Origin: Alphaproteobacteria bacterium
GTDB lineage: Bacteria; Pseudomonadota; Alphaproteobacteria; Bin95
Assembly: GCA_965205265.1 (NCBI GenBank)
Contig: CBDBGH010000003.1
Span: 640,001-704,000, forward strand
DNA: 64,000 bases
Reading direction: 5' to 3'
How positions within the stretch are numbered: position 1 is the stretch's first letter; each line of letters starts with the position of its first letter. The position numbers and the translations under genes were made by a program. The notes beneath the pieces are model-generated. The model did not search any database and was not told where the DNA came from. It was given only the letters and a program-made list of their open reading frames with translations. This document shows positions 7,748-16,972 of this stretch, one piece after another.

Positions 7748-8992
7748 CTAATCCCGGTCCCCGAACTCCCGGCTCGCCGCGGCGAGCGCCGCCTCCCTGC
7801 CGGGGCCGGCGACCGCCTGCAGCGCGAAGGGCATGCCGTTCGCCATTCGTCCGCAGGGGAAGGCGAGCGCCGGCAGGCCGGCAAGATTGGCGAAGGCCAG
7901 CAGTTCCGCCTGGTTGGCGGGCGCCTTGCGGGAGCGGGGGAACGGGCCGCAGGGCGCGACCGGCGCGATAATGACGGCGTCGCCGATGCGCTCGGCCGCA
8001 TCCTCCCGGATGCGCCCGACTGCCTCCCGCGCCGCCGCCAGGCGTTCGGGCGCCAGCGTCGCGCCGTAATGGAGGAAGCCGCGCAATTCGTCGGAGGCGC
8101 CCTCCGGCATGCCGAGCACCGCATGGGCTTCCGCCTCTATGACCAACAGGCCCGCCTTGCGCGCCGCCGAAGGCTCGTAGCCCGGCCAGTCCAGCGCCGG
8201 CAGGTCGAGCGCCGGCATGGCGTCCTCGACTTCCGCTTCGAGGGGGTATCCGTCGAAGGCGGAGAGCCTGACCGGATGCCAGCGTCCCTCCGGCTCCGCC
8301 GGGCGCCCCGCCATGACCTCAAGCAGCGCCAGCGCGTCGTCGGCCGTGCGCGCGAGCGGTCCCACATGGTCGAAGCTCGGCGCAAGCGGCGCGACACCGT
8401 CCAGCGGCACCGCGCCCCGCGTCGGCTTCAGGCCGAAGCAGCCGCAATAGGCCGCCGGCAGGCGTATCGAGCCCATGGTGTCGGAGCCGAGCGCGGCAGC
8501 CGCAAGCCCGGCCGCAACGACCGCGCCGGAGCCGCCGCTCGACCCGCCCGCCGTCCACCCCTCGCGGTGCGGATTGTGCGTCATGCCCCAATGCGGGTTG
8601 AAGGTCGTCGTGCCGAAAGCCGCCTCATGCAGATTGGTCTTGCCGAGCAGCACCGCGCCCGCTTTCCGGAGCCGCGCGACGACGGACGCGTCCGCCTCCG
8701 CGAGCCGCCCGCCCGGCAGGCCGTTCGCGGTGACGATGCCGGCCATATCGATATTGTCCTTGATCGCAATGGGTGCGCCGTCGATGGCGGAGGCCGGCCG
8801 GCCTGCCCGCCAGCGCGCCGCAGACGCCGCCGCGGCCTCGCGCGCGGCCTCCGCCGCGACGGCGACATAGGCGTTGAGCCGGGGATTCTCCCGCGCGATC
8901 CGGTCGAGACAGGCCTCGGTGACCGCGACGGGATCGAGACGTCCGGCGGCATAGCCTTCCCGCAGTTCGGAAAGGGAAAGTCCGGTGCTCAT
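7748..8992 (-). CDS. Amidase signature family protein
   Basis: IAIKDNID, GKTNLHE, GGSSGGS, GSDTMGSIRLPAAYCG; ATGA overlap with upstream MFS. Confidence 0.9.
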   Translation of the reverse strand: MSTGLSLSELREGYAAGRLDPVAVTEACLDRIARENPRLNAYVAVAAEAAREAAAASAARWRAGRPASAIDGAPIAIKDNIDMAGIVTANGLPGGRLAEADASVVARLRKAGAVLLGKTNLHEAAFGTTTFNPHWGMTHNPHREGWTAGGSSGGSGAVVAAGLAAAALGSDTMGSIRLPAAYCGCFGLKPTRGAVPLDGVAPLAPSFDHVGPLARTADDALALLEVMAGRPAEPEGRWHPVRLSAFDGYPLEAEVEDAMPALDLPALDWPGYEPSAARKAGLLVIEAEAHAVLGMPEGASDELRGFLHYGATLAPERLAAAREAVGRIREDAAERIGDAVIIAPVAPCGPFPRSRKAPANQAELLAFANLAGLPALAFPCGRMANGMPFALQAVAGPGREAALAAASREFGDRD

Positions 8993-10239
8993 GGCGCAGA
9001 CCCGCGGCTTCGTTGGCGGTGACCGTGCCACAGGACCAGGAGGCCGGCCAGCAGGTGCAGCCCGGCGAGGCCCAGCAGCGGCCAGACATAGGCGCCGGTC
9101 GCATCGAACAGCCAGCCGGTCAGGGCGGTCGCAAGGCTTGCCATGACGAACATGCCGGCCGCGGTCAGGCCGTAGGCCGTGCCGTAGCCGTCCTGGCCGA
9201 AGCCGTCCACCAGCAGCAGGGGCGGCAGCATCACGATGCAGCCGATGACGAAGCCGGCGATGGCGGAGGCGGCGAACAGCAGGGCGGGCGGCTCCCCGGC
9301 CAGCAGCAACAGCAGCCCGAATGCCTGTATCAGGTAGCAGCCGGCGGCCAGCACCGGCAGCGGGAAGCGGGCGCTCAGCGCCCCCAGCACAAACCGGCCG
9401 CCGGCCGCGCTCAGGGCCGCAACGCTGACCGCGAAGGCCGCGCCGGAGAGCCCGAGAGCGCCTTCCAGGAGCGGGATCTGGTGCATCAGGAACCCGACCT
9501 GCGCACCGAGCGACAGGCTGCAGGCGGATGCGACGAGCCAGAACCGGAAGTCGGCCAGAAACCGCCCCGGCGGCGGCTTGCGGCGCGCTTCGGCGGCGGC
9601 GGACGCTCCGAACTCCCTTGCGGCTTCCCCCTCCCGGGGCGGCCGGACCAGCAACAGCGCAACCGGCAGCACCGACAGGATGAGCGCCGCGCCGATGCCT
9701 GTCATGGCGGCGTCGAAGCCGTATCGGGCGGAAAACCACGTCATCAGCGGCGGCATGACGGCGCCGCCGGCGCTCGCCCCGGTCAGCGCAATGCCGAGAG
9801 CAAGGCCGAGCCGGCGCCTGAACCACGGCACCAGCGCGGCGCTGACCGCCATGGCCGCCAGACCCGGATAAGCGCTGCCCATGAGCGCGAAGATCGCGAA
9901 GAGCTGCCAGCGCGCCTCGAAGAAGCCCGCCTCGAACGCCGCCAGCGCAAAGCAGCCCGCCGCCATGGCCAGGGCGCCGTACACCGCTGCCGGCCGCGCG
10001 CCGAACCTGTCCGCTACCCGCCCGAATACGAGGCTGGAGGCCACATTCGCCAGCCAGAACCCCGCCACGACGCTCGACAGGAGAGAGGCCGGCCAACCGG
10101 TCGAGCGGCCGAGCACAGCCATGTAGAACCCGTGGCCGTAGAACCCGACGCCCCAGGCATAGAACGCCATGACGAATCCGCCCGCCGCCACCCACCAGCC
10201 GCGGTAAATGCCCCCGCCCGAGTCGCTGTCCGGCGGCAA
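8989..10239 (-). CDS. MFS transporter
   Basis: About 12 TM segments; GRVADRFGAR motif A; WFRRRLGLALGIA. Confidence 0.85.
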   Translation of the reverse strand: MPPDSDSGGGIYRGWWVAAGGFVMAFYAWGVGFYGHGFYMAVLGRSTGWPASLLSSVVAGFWLANVASSLVFGRVADRFGARPAAVYGALAMAAGCFALAAFEAGFFEARWQLFAIFALMGSAYPGLAAMAVSAALVPWFRRRLGLALGIALTGASAGGAVMPPLMTWFSARYGFDAAMTGIGAALILSVLPVALLLVRPPREGEAAREFGASAAAEARRKPPPGRFLADFRFWLVASACSLSLGAQVGFLMHQIPLLEGALGLSGAAFAVSVAALSAAGGRFVLGALSARFPLPVLAAGCYLIQAFGLLLLLAGEPPALLFAASAIAGFVIGCIVMLPPLLLVDGFGQDGYGTAYGLTAAGMFVMASLATALTGWLFDATGAYVWPLLGLAGLHLLAGLLVLWHGHRQRSRGSAP

Positions 10240-10269
10240 ACCGGGAACTACGCTTCGAACCGGAACGGT

Positions 10270-11622
10270 TCAGCGCTCATCGACGAGCCTGACCGGCTTT
10301 TGCCGTTCGTTGACTTGCGTGAACGCAGCCGTTCCGCCGGGCGCGACGAGCTCGACTGCGACCTGGACGCCGAGGCCCCGTTTCAGGCGCTCGGACAGGG
10401 CCTCCGCCAGCCGGTCCCCCGGTTCGCGCGCCTCCGCCATGACCGCCATTTCCTCGCGGCCTCCGGCCCGGAATACCCGGCAGACATATTCGCCGGTGAG
10501 CGCTTCGAACTCTTCGAGAAACGCGCCGACAGCCGTTGGATAAACATTGATGCCGCGCAGCTTCACCATATTGTCCGACCGGCCCTCGAACCCCGACATG
10601 CGGCGGAAGTTGATGCCGGAATCCGGATCCGGCGCGGAAAGCGTCGTCAGATCCTTGGTGTCGAAGCGGACGATCGGGTAGATGCCGGTCTTGAACAGGA
10701 CCGTCGCGCAAAGATTGCCGGCATGGCCGTCCTCGACCGGCTTGCCCGTTTCCGGGTCGAGCGCTTCCACGAGATGCGCATCCTCGAAGATGTGCAGGCC
10801 GTTCCGGCTCGGGCTTTCGGCGGCGATGACGCCGGTGTCGCCGACCCCGTACCAGTCATAGACCGCCGCTCCGCCCCAGGCGTCCGAAACCGCCTGCCGG
10901 TCGCCGCGCCCGAAATGGCCGAGGACGAGGCGGAGCGGAATCGTCAGACCTTTCCGCGCGGCGGTTTCGGCCAGATGGCGGACATAATCGCCGAAGCCGA
11001 CCAGCACCGTCGCGCCAAGCCGCGCCATGGTTTCGACCTGCTGTTCGGACGGCATGTCGCGCCCCGTGCCGGCGGGAACCAGCAGCGCGTCGGTGAAATG
11101 CGTCACCGCCTCGCGGACATAATGGCCGCCATTGACCGTGCCGAAGCCGTAAACGGAATGGACGACATCGTCGTCCCTGAGCCCCATGAGGCGATAGGCG
11201 CGGGCGAGCAGAAGGTTCTGGATTTCGCGGTCTTCGGCTCCGTAGAACAAGGGCTGCGGGATGCCGGTCGTGCCGGAGGTCGTGTGGAATACGACGAAGG
11301 CATTGTCAGCGTCGCGCCCGTCGAAACGCCCGAACGGCGGGGCCGCGGCCACGCTCGCCATCAGGTCGTCCTTGGAGAAGGAGGGAACCCGCGCCAGGTC
11401 GTCGAGGCCCGAAATGTCGCCCGGCTCCAGGCCCGCCGCGGTCCATCGGTCCCGGTAGAACGGAACCTGCCAAGCGCGCTCCATGACACGGGCAAAGCGG
11501 CGCTCCTGGAGCGCCCGCAGCGCATCGCGGGACAGCGCCGCCGGGCCTTCGAGAAAGGCCGTGCCCATCGGGTAGTCCCTAAGCATGGCCCCCACATCGA
11601 GCCGGCCGAGCAGTCCGCTCAC
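10270..11622 (-). CDS. Phenylacetate-CoA ligase (PaaK-like) family protein
   Basis: HTTSGTTG P-loop, YDWYG, RFDTKD, GRSDNMVKLRGINVYP; GTGA overlap start. Confidence 0.85.
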   Translation of the reverse strand: MSGLLGRLDVGAMLRDYPMGTAFLEGPAALSRDALRALQERRFARVMERAWQVPFYRDRWTAAGLEPGDISGLDDLARVPSFSKDDLMASVAAAPPFGRFDGRDADNAFVVFHTTSGTTGIPQPLFYGAEDREIQNLLLARAYRLMGLRDDDVVHSVYGFGTVNGGHYVREAVTHFTDALLVPAGTGRDMPSEQQVETMARLGATVLVGFGDYVRHLAETAARKGLTIPLRLVLGHFGRGDRQAVSDAWGGAAVYDWYGVGDTGVIAAESPSRNGLHIFEDAHLVEALDPETGKPVEDGHAGNLCATVLFKTGIYPIVRFDTKDLTTLSAPDPDSGINFRRMSGFEGRSDNMVKLRGINVYPTAVGAFLEEFEALTGEYVCRVFRAGGREEMAVMAEAREPGDRLAEALSERLKRGLGVQVAVELVAPGGTAAFTQVNERQKPVRLVDER

Positions 11623-12479
11623 GGCAGGCAGTCCGCTATGTCCCGCCTGAGCGCGACCCACACGCCCTCATGCTGCCCGGCATGATCGAGGAAGCGCTCC
11701 AGCCAGCCGATGCGGCCCGGACGACCGATGATCCGCAGATGCACGCCGAGGCTCATCATCTTCGGCGCCCCTTCGACGCCCTCCCGGTAAAGCCGGTCGA
11801 ACGTCTCCCGCGCATAGTCGAACCAGTGCGCCGGCGTATAGGCGGGATCGGTCCACATCTTCATGTCGTTGGTGTCGAGCGCATAAGGCACGACCGCGAT
11901 CCGGCCCGCGGGCTCCTCGTGCCGGAAGGGCAGGTCGTCCGAATAGTCGTCCATGTGGTAGGCGAAACCTTCCTCGATCAGCAGCCGCCTCGTGTTGTCG
12001 GTCAGCAGATAGCGCGACAGCCAGCCTGCCGGCCGGGCGCCGGTCGTCCGCTCGATCGACGCCGCGGCATCGCGCACGAAGGCCCGCTCCTGCGCCTCTT
12101 CCATGCGGAACTGATGCACCCAGCGATGCCCGTGCGCGCAGACCTCGTGCCCGCCCGCCGCAATCCGCGCCGCGAGCTCCGGCGCCCGCTCCAGCGCCAT
12201 AGCCGCCGCGGTGAAGGTCGCCTTCAGCCCGCGCTCTTCCAGCAGCCGCATGACCCGGGGCGCGCCTGCCTTTATGCCGTAGGCGTAGTTGCTTTCGTTG
12301 CCGTAATTGCGGACCGCGCGCCTCGGGCTGGCGCCCAGTTCGTCCACGGGTTCGGGATAAGGGTCGCCGTCGTCGATGCGGGCCTCCGCGCCCTCCTCGA
12401 CATTCACCACCAGGGAGAGCGCGATCCGCGCCCCGCCGGGCCAGGGCGCCCGGCGCCAGTCGCTGTCGTTCGTTTCCAT
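11619..12479 (-). CDS. Polysaccharide deacetylase family (PuuE allantoinase-like)
   Basis: WPGGARIALSLVVNVEEG, HEVCAHGHRW, DDYSDDLP, MMSLGVHLRIIGRPGR. Confidence 0.85.
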   Translation of the reverse strand: METNDSDWRRAPWPGGARIALSLVVNVEEGAEARIDDGDPYPEPVDELGASPRRAVRNYGNESNYAYGIKAGAPRVMRLLEERGLKATFTAAAMALERAPELAARIAAGGHEVCAHGHRWVHQFRMEEAQERAFVRDAAASIERTTGARPAGWLSRYLLTDNTRRLLIEEGFAYHMDDYSDDLPFRHEEPAGRIAVVPYALDTNDMKMWTDPAYTPAHWFDYARETFDRLYREGVEGAPKMMSLGVHLRIIGRPGRIGWLERFLDHAGQHEGVWVALRRDIADCLP

Positions 12480-12567
12480 CGCCTCTCCGCCGCCCTCGCT
12501 TCCCGCGCCGGCCGTGCTAGGTTTCGGCGGGCGCGATACCCGCGCAGCATAGAATAAATCGTCCCCG

Positions 12568-13635
12568 ATGGCCGAAATTCCCCTCAAAAAGCGCCGCAGG
12601 GCTTACACCTATCTGCTGTTGGCCCTGCCGGTGGCGGCGATCGCCGTGGGCGTCAACGAGGCGATCCACTGGTGGCACAATGTCTATGAGCCGGACGCCC
12701 GCGTCGCGGCGGATTTCACCCTGCTCTCCTCCAGCGTCAATGCCCGCGTCGCGGCGATCCGCGTGCGCAAGGGCGATGTCGTCGAAAAGGGGGCGCCGCT
12801 CGCCGACATGGACGATGTCGTCGCCGGGCTCGACCTCCGCGCGCTCGAAGCCGAACTGGAAAAGCAGAAGGCCCAGCGCGGCCAGGTGGAAGCGGAACTC
12901 ACGCTTTTCAAGGCGGAACTCGCCGACAAGATCGCCACCGTCGAGGAGACCGTCCGGCTGCTGCGCCTCGAGCTGGCAACGCTGGAGCGCCGCAAGCAGA
13001 TCGCGGAGGACAATCTCAAGCGGAACAGGCGGCTCGGCCGCGATGTCGTGCCGCAACGGCGGATCGACGAGGCGCGCGATGAGCTGCTGGAAATGGAAAG
13101 CAAGCTGCGCGACATCCAGACCCGCATCGCCGTGAACCTCAGGGAAGCCGCAGAACTGGCCGGCACCGCCGGACGGGAACGCCTGTTCCGGACCCGGCTT
13201 GCGGTCATCGACCGGGACATCGACAAGACCGCTGTCGAAGTCGAACAGGCGCGCCGCCGGCTGGAGGACATGCATATCCGCGCGCCGGTCCGCGCCGTCA
13301 TCGACGAAGTGCATGTCAATCCGGGCGCCTATGTCGAGGACGGCGATCCGGTATTCCTGATCCACGCTCCCGACCGGGTCTGGATCGAGGCCGATATCGA
13401 CGAGTCCGACATCCGCCATATCCAGCCTGGCCAGCCGGTCGCCATCGACTTCGACGCCTGGCCGGACGAGACGCTTGAGGGCCGCGTGCGGGCGATCGGG
13501 CGCACGACCGTGGGCGGCAGCGAGGCGAACGGCCGCGGCGGCGCGCGCAAGATCCCGGTATTCATCGACATCCCGCCGGTGGAGAAGACCGTCTGGCCGG
13601 GAATGCGCGCCGCGGTCAATATCCGCATACGCTGA
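12568..13635 (+). CDS. HlyD/EmrA-like membrane fusion protein
   Basis: N-terminal TM, VRKGDVV lipoyl-like half, long coiled coil, IRAPV, WPGMRAAVNI. Confidence 0.85.
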   Translation: MAEIPLKKRRRAYTYLLLALPVAAIAVGVNEAIHWWHNVYEPDARVAADFTLLSSSVNARVAAIRVRKGDVVEKGAPLADMDDVVAGLDLRALEAELEKQKAQRGQVEAELTLFKAELADKIATVEETVRLLRLELATLERRKQIAEDNLKRNRRLGRDVVPQRRIDEARDELLEMESKLRDIQTRIAVNLREAAELAGTAGRERLFRTRLAVIDRDIDKTAVEVEQARRRLEDMHIRAPVRAVIDEVHVNPGAYVEDGDPVFLIHAPDRVWIEADIDESDIRHIQPGQPVAIDFDAWPDETLEGRVRAIGRTTVGGSEANGRGGARKIPVFIDIPPVEKTVWPGMRAAVNIRIR

Positions 13636-14996
13636 TGGACCTCGCGCGTTTCAGCCCGCGCACGATCATGGCGGCGGCGACTGTCGCCATGCTGGTGCAG
13701 CAGGCGTTCTCCTATGTCTGCCAGATCGCGCTGCCGATCCTGGCCGACCGGATCGCCGAGGACTTCGGCATCTCCCGGGCCTGGCTTGGCTTCTACCTCT
13801 TCCTCCAGAATGTGGCTGCGATCATTGCGGCAGTCGGCTGCGGCGGCTTCATCCTGCGCTACGGGCCTCTGCGGGTAAGCCAGTTCGCCCTGCTGCTGAT
13901 GGGGTCGAGCCTGCTGGTGACGGCATCGGCGCAGCTGTGGCTGTTCCCGCTGGGCGCAGTCCTGCTGGGCGCGGCCTCCGTTTCGACGCCCGCGAGTTCC
14001 CACATCCTGGCGCGGGTGACGCCGTTGCGCCTCGCACCGCTGGTCTTCTCTATCAAGCAGACCGGCGTGCCCGTCGGCGCGCTCATCGGCGGGTTGCTCG
14101 TGCCCTTCCTGCTGGCGCTTACCTTCTATTCGGAGACGCTCGGCGAGTCGGTTCGGCTCGGCCCTTACGGCGCCGCATTCGTCACCTGCCTGATCGTCTT
14201 CGCGGTGATGGTCTCGCTGGAGCCCGTGCGAACCTATTTCGACGCCGACCGCCGCCCTGACATGAAGATCGCCTTCGGCGACCTTCCGGCAACCCTGAAG
14301 ACGGTGCTCGCCATCCGCCCGCTGCGCGACCTGTCCTTCGCCGCCTTCGCCTTCGGCGGCCTGCAGGCGCTCTTCTCGGGCTTCTTCATCCTCTTCCTCA
14401 TCGACGGGCTGGACTACTCGGAAGCCGAGGCCGGCTCCGCCTTTGCCATCGCATCCTTCTCCGCCGTCTGGGCGCGCATCCTCTGGGGCGCTCTCGGTGG
14501 CGGCGCCGTGTCGCCGCGCATCATCATGGCCGGCATCGGGCTGGTGGCCGGACTTTCGGCAGTCGCGACCGCGCTCTACGGGACCGACTGGACTTTCTGG
14601 GAAATCACCGCCGTCGCCGTCGTCTTCAACATGACAGCGCTCAGCTGGCACGGCATCCTGCTGGCGGAGACCGCGCGGCTCGCGCCGGAAGGACAGGTCG
14701 GCGGCGTCACCGGCGGCGTGCTGGCCTTTACCTCCATCGCCATGATGATCTATCCGGCGCTTTACGGCGGCCTGCTCGCCTGGACGGGCTCCTACGGAAT
14801 CGGCTTCATCCTGGGCGCCATCCCGTCCTTCGCCGCGTTCGTCATATTCGTCAATCCGCCCGTGGACGGCGCGTGGACCGGCCTTGCCGCGCGGTTCGGC
14901 CGCCTGCTCCTCTCAAGGCGGGCGCTCGCACGCGCCGGGGCCGTAACCGTGCTCGGCTCCGCGCTTGGCGTCGCGCTCAACGCGGCGGGCTGGTGA
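13635..14996 (+). CDS. MFS transporter
   Basis: Polytopic; TPASSHIL, FSIKQTGVP; coupled to the HlyD gene (TGATG). Confidence 0.8.
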   Translation: MDLARFSPRTIMAAATVAMLVQQAFSYVCQIALPILADRIAEDFGISRAWLGFYLFLQNVAAIIAAVGCGGFILRYGPLRVSQFALLLMGSSLLVTASAQLWLFPLGAVLLGAASVSTPASSHILARVTPLRLAPLVFSIKQTGVPVGALIGGLLVPFLLALTFYSETLGESVRLGPYGAAFVTCLIVFAVMVSLEPVRTYFDADRRPDMKIAFGDLPATLKTVLAIRPLRDLSFAAFAFGGLQALFSGFFILFLIDGLDYSEAEAGSAFAIASFSAVWARILWGALGGGAVSPRIIMAGIGLVAGLSAVATALYGTDWTFWEITAVAVVFNMTALSWHGILLAETARLAPEGQVGGVTGGVLAFTSIAMMIYPALYGGLLAWTGSYGIGFILGAIPSFAAFVIFVNPPVDGAWTGLAARFGRLLLSRRALARAGAVTVLGSALGVALNAAGW

Positions 14997-15789
14997 CCCG
15001 GTCGAGAAAGGCCAGCAGCGGCGCGTTGAACGCCTCCGGCGCTTCGACATTCGAGAAGTGCCTGAGCCCCGGCAGCATGACAAGTTCGGCCCCGGCAATG
15101 CCGTCGCGGAGCTCCTCGGCGCGGACAGGCGGCGTCACCGGGTCGTCGCCCGCGCCCAGCACCAGGACCGGGCAGGAGATCCGGTCCAGCCGGTCCAGAT
15201 AGTCGAGTTCGGCGACGGCCGAGGTGCCCGCCAGATAGCCGGTAATGTCCGTCGCGTTGAAGATGTCGCGAATTGCCGCGTAGTCCGGCCCGGCGGCATC
15301 GGCGAAGGCGTCCGAGAACCAGAGCTTGTGGGTCATTTCCCAGACCGGCGCCATGCCCGATGCGCGGACCACCGCCTGGCGCTCGACGACCCATTGGCGG
15401 TACCAGGGCGTTGCGCGGGCCATGGTGTTGCAGAGCGCCGCGGCGCGCACGCGGTCGGGATGCCCGATGGCGACGCCTTGTGCGATCATGCCGCCGGTGG
15501 AAATGCCGACGAATGTCACCTGCCCGATGTAGAGCGCGTCCATGACGCCCACGGCGTCGGAAACGAAGCCGTCGAGCGAATAGGGCCCTTCCGGCGCATC
15601 GCTGGCGCCGTGGCCGCGCCAGTCATAGAGCAGCAGCCGGTAGCGCCCGGCGAGCGCCGGGACCTGCCGGTCCCAGATACGGTGGCTGGTGCCCATCGCA
15701 TGCGCCATCATCACCACCGGGCCGTCGGCAGGCCCTTGCCAGCGATAGAAGAAGCGGTTGCCGCCGACCTCGACATATCCCTCCGTCAT
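14977..15789 (-). CDS. Alpha/beta hydrolase (PcaD enol-lactonase-like)
   Basis: YDWRGHGAS, GISTGG nucleophile elbow, HFSNVE. Confidence 0.8.
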   Translation of the reverse strand: MTEGYVEVGGNRFFYRWQGPADGPVVMMAHAMGTSHRIWDRQVPALAGRYRLLLYDWRGHGASDAPEGPYSLDGFVSDAVGVMDALYIGQVTFVGISTGGMIAQGVAIGHPDRVRAAALCNTMARATPWYRQWVVERQAVVRASGMAPVWEMTHKLWFSDAFADAAGPDYAAIRDIFNATDITGYLAGTSAVAELDYLDRLDRISCPVLVLGAGDDPVTPPVRAEELRDGIAGAELVMLPGLRHFSNVEAPEAFNAPLLAFLDRVTSPPR

Positions 15790-16901
15790 CGGTCGATCCT
15801 GTAGGCTTCGACTTTGTCTGGATCGAGCCGGATGCCGAAGCCCGGCCGGTCCGACACATGCAGGCGGCCGTCGCGGAGTTCGGGCGGGTCGAGCCACATG
15901 CCGGGCCAGATCGGGTCGCGCTCCGGGTCCGCGAAACACTCGACCGCAAAGCTGTTCGCCGTCGCGGCCAGCAGGTGAAGCGCGATCTGCGGTTCCTCAT
16001 GGTGGGTCATCTGCACATCGTGCAGGCGGCAGACCGCGGCTGCATCCAGCCAGGCCGTTGGCCCGCCCGCCTCCGAAGCGTCGATATTGACCATATCGAC
16101 GGCCCCCGCCTCTACCAGCCGGCGCGCGCCGTGCGCGGTAATCTCGCTCTGGCCTGCATTGACGGGAATGGACGTTGCGTTGCGCAAGGCCGCCATGGCG
16201 GACACGTCGTCGAACCAGTGGCAGGGCTCCTCGAACCAGGCGATATCGAGCGGCTCCACCAGCCGCGCAAAGCGTTCGGCATCGCGCCGGTTCCAGCCCC
16301 GGTTTGCGTCCACCGCCAGCATGAAGTCTGGACCGGCGCCGTCGCGGCAGGCTGCCACCCGCTCGGCGTCTTCCTCGGGCGAAAGGCCGCCGACCTTCAC
16401 CTTGCAGCCCGCCATGCCCCATTCCTGCAACTGGTGCATTTCCCGGCCCAGATCGTCCAGCGTCTTGCCCTCTTCGTAGTAGCCGCCGATGGAGAAGGTC
16501 GGCAGCGACTCGCGCGCGCCGCCCATCAGCCGAGCCACGCTGACGCCGTAGATGCGCCCGAGGGCGTCCCAGACCGCGCTGTCCACGCAGGCTATCGCCT
16601 CCAGCAGCAGCTTCGGCGCCATGGCCGCGCCGGGCACGCGGGCGAACATTCCGTCATGGTGCCGGCGCCAGTCGCGCAGATCCTTGCCCACCGCCAGCGG
16701 CGCCAGGACGTCTTCCACCAGCCGCGCGATTTCCCGGCCCTCGGAGCGGTTGTCGCCGTTATAGACCTCCGCGGTCGGCCCGTCCCTGACCGTCAGCCGG
16801 GTGATGACCGTGCAGCGGGTCGGCACCGCATAGGTGCTGCCGCCGAAGACCCGGGACAGCGGAATTTCTATCGGTATCGCTTCGATTCGCTCGACAATCA
16901 T
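15786..16901 (-). CDS. Mandelate racemase/muconate lactonizing enzyme family
   Basis: KVKVG, VDAN, WFEEP, NAGQSE motifs. Confidence 0.85.
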   Translation of the reverse strand: MIVERIEAIPIEIPLSRVFGGSTYAVPTRCTVITRLTVRDGPTAEVYNGDNRSEGREIARLVEDVLAPLAVGKDLRDWRRHHDGMFARVPGAAMAPKLLLEAIACVDSAVWDALGRIYGVSVARLMGGARESLPTFSIGGYYEEGKTLDDLGREMHQLQEWGMAGCKVKVGGLSPEEDAERVAACRDGAGPDFMLAVDANRGWNRRDAERFARLVEPLDIAWFEEPCHWFDDVSAMAALRNATSIPVNAGQSEITAHGARRLVEAGAVDMVNIDASEAGGPTAWLDAAAVCRLHDVQMTHHEEPQIALHLLAATANSFAVECFADPERDPIWPGMWLDPPELRDGRLHVSDRPGFGIRLDPDKVEAYRIDR

Positions 16902-16972
16902 GAATGCCGCCTCCGGCAGACAGGGAACGGAGCGGAGTTTGCAAGCTCGCATCCCCCCTGTCTAATGGCCGG

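Noticed and set aside
7748-8992. gatA
   Set aside because: No gatB/gatC adjacent, shorter and divergent; generic amidase
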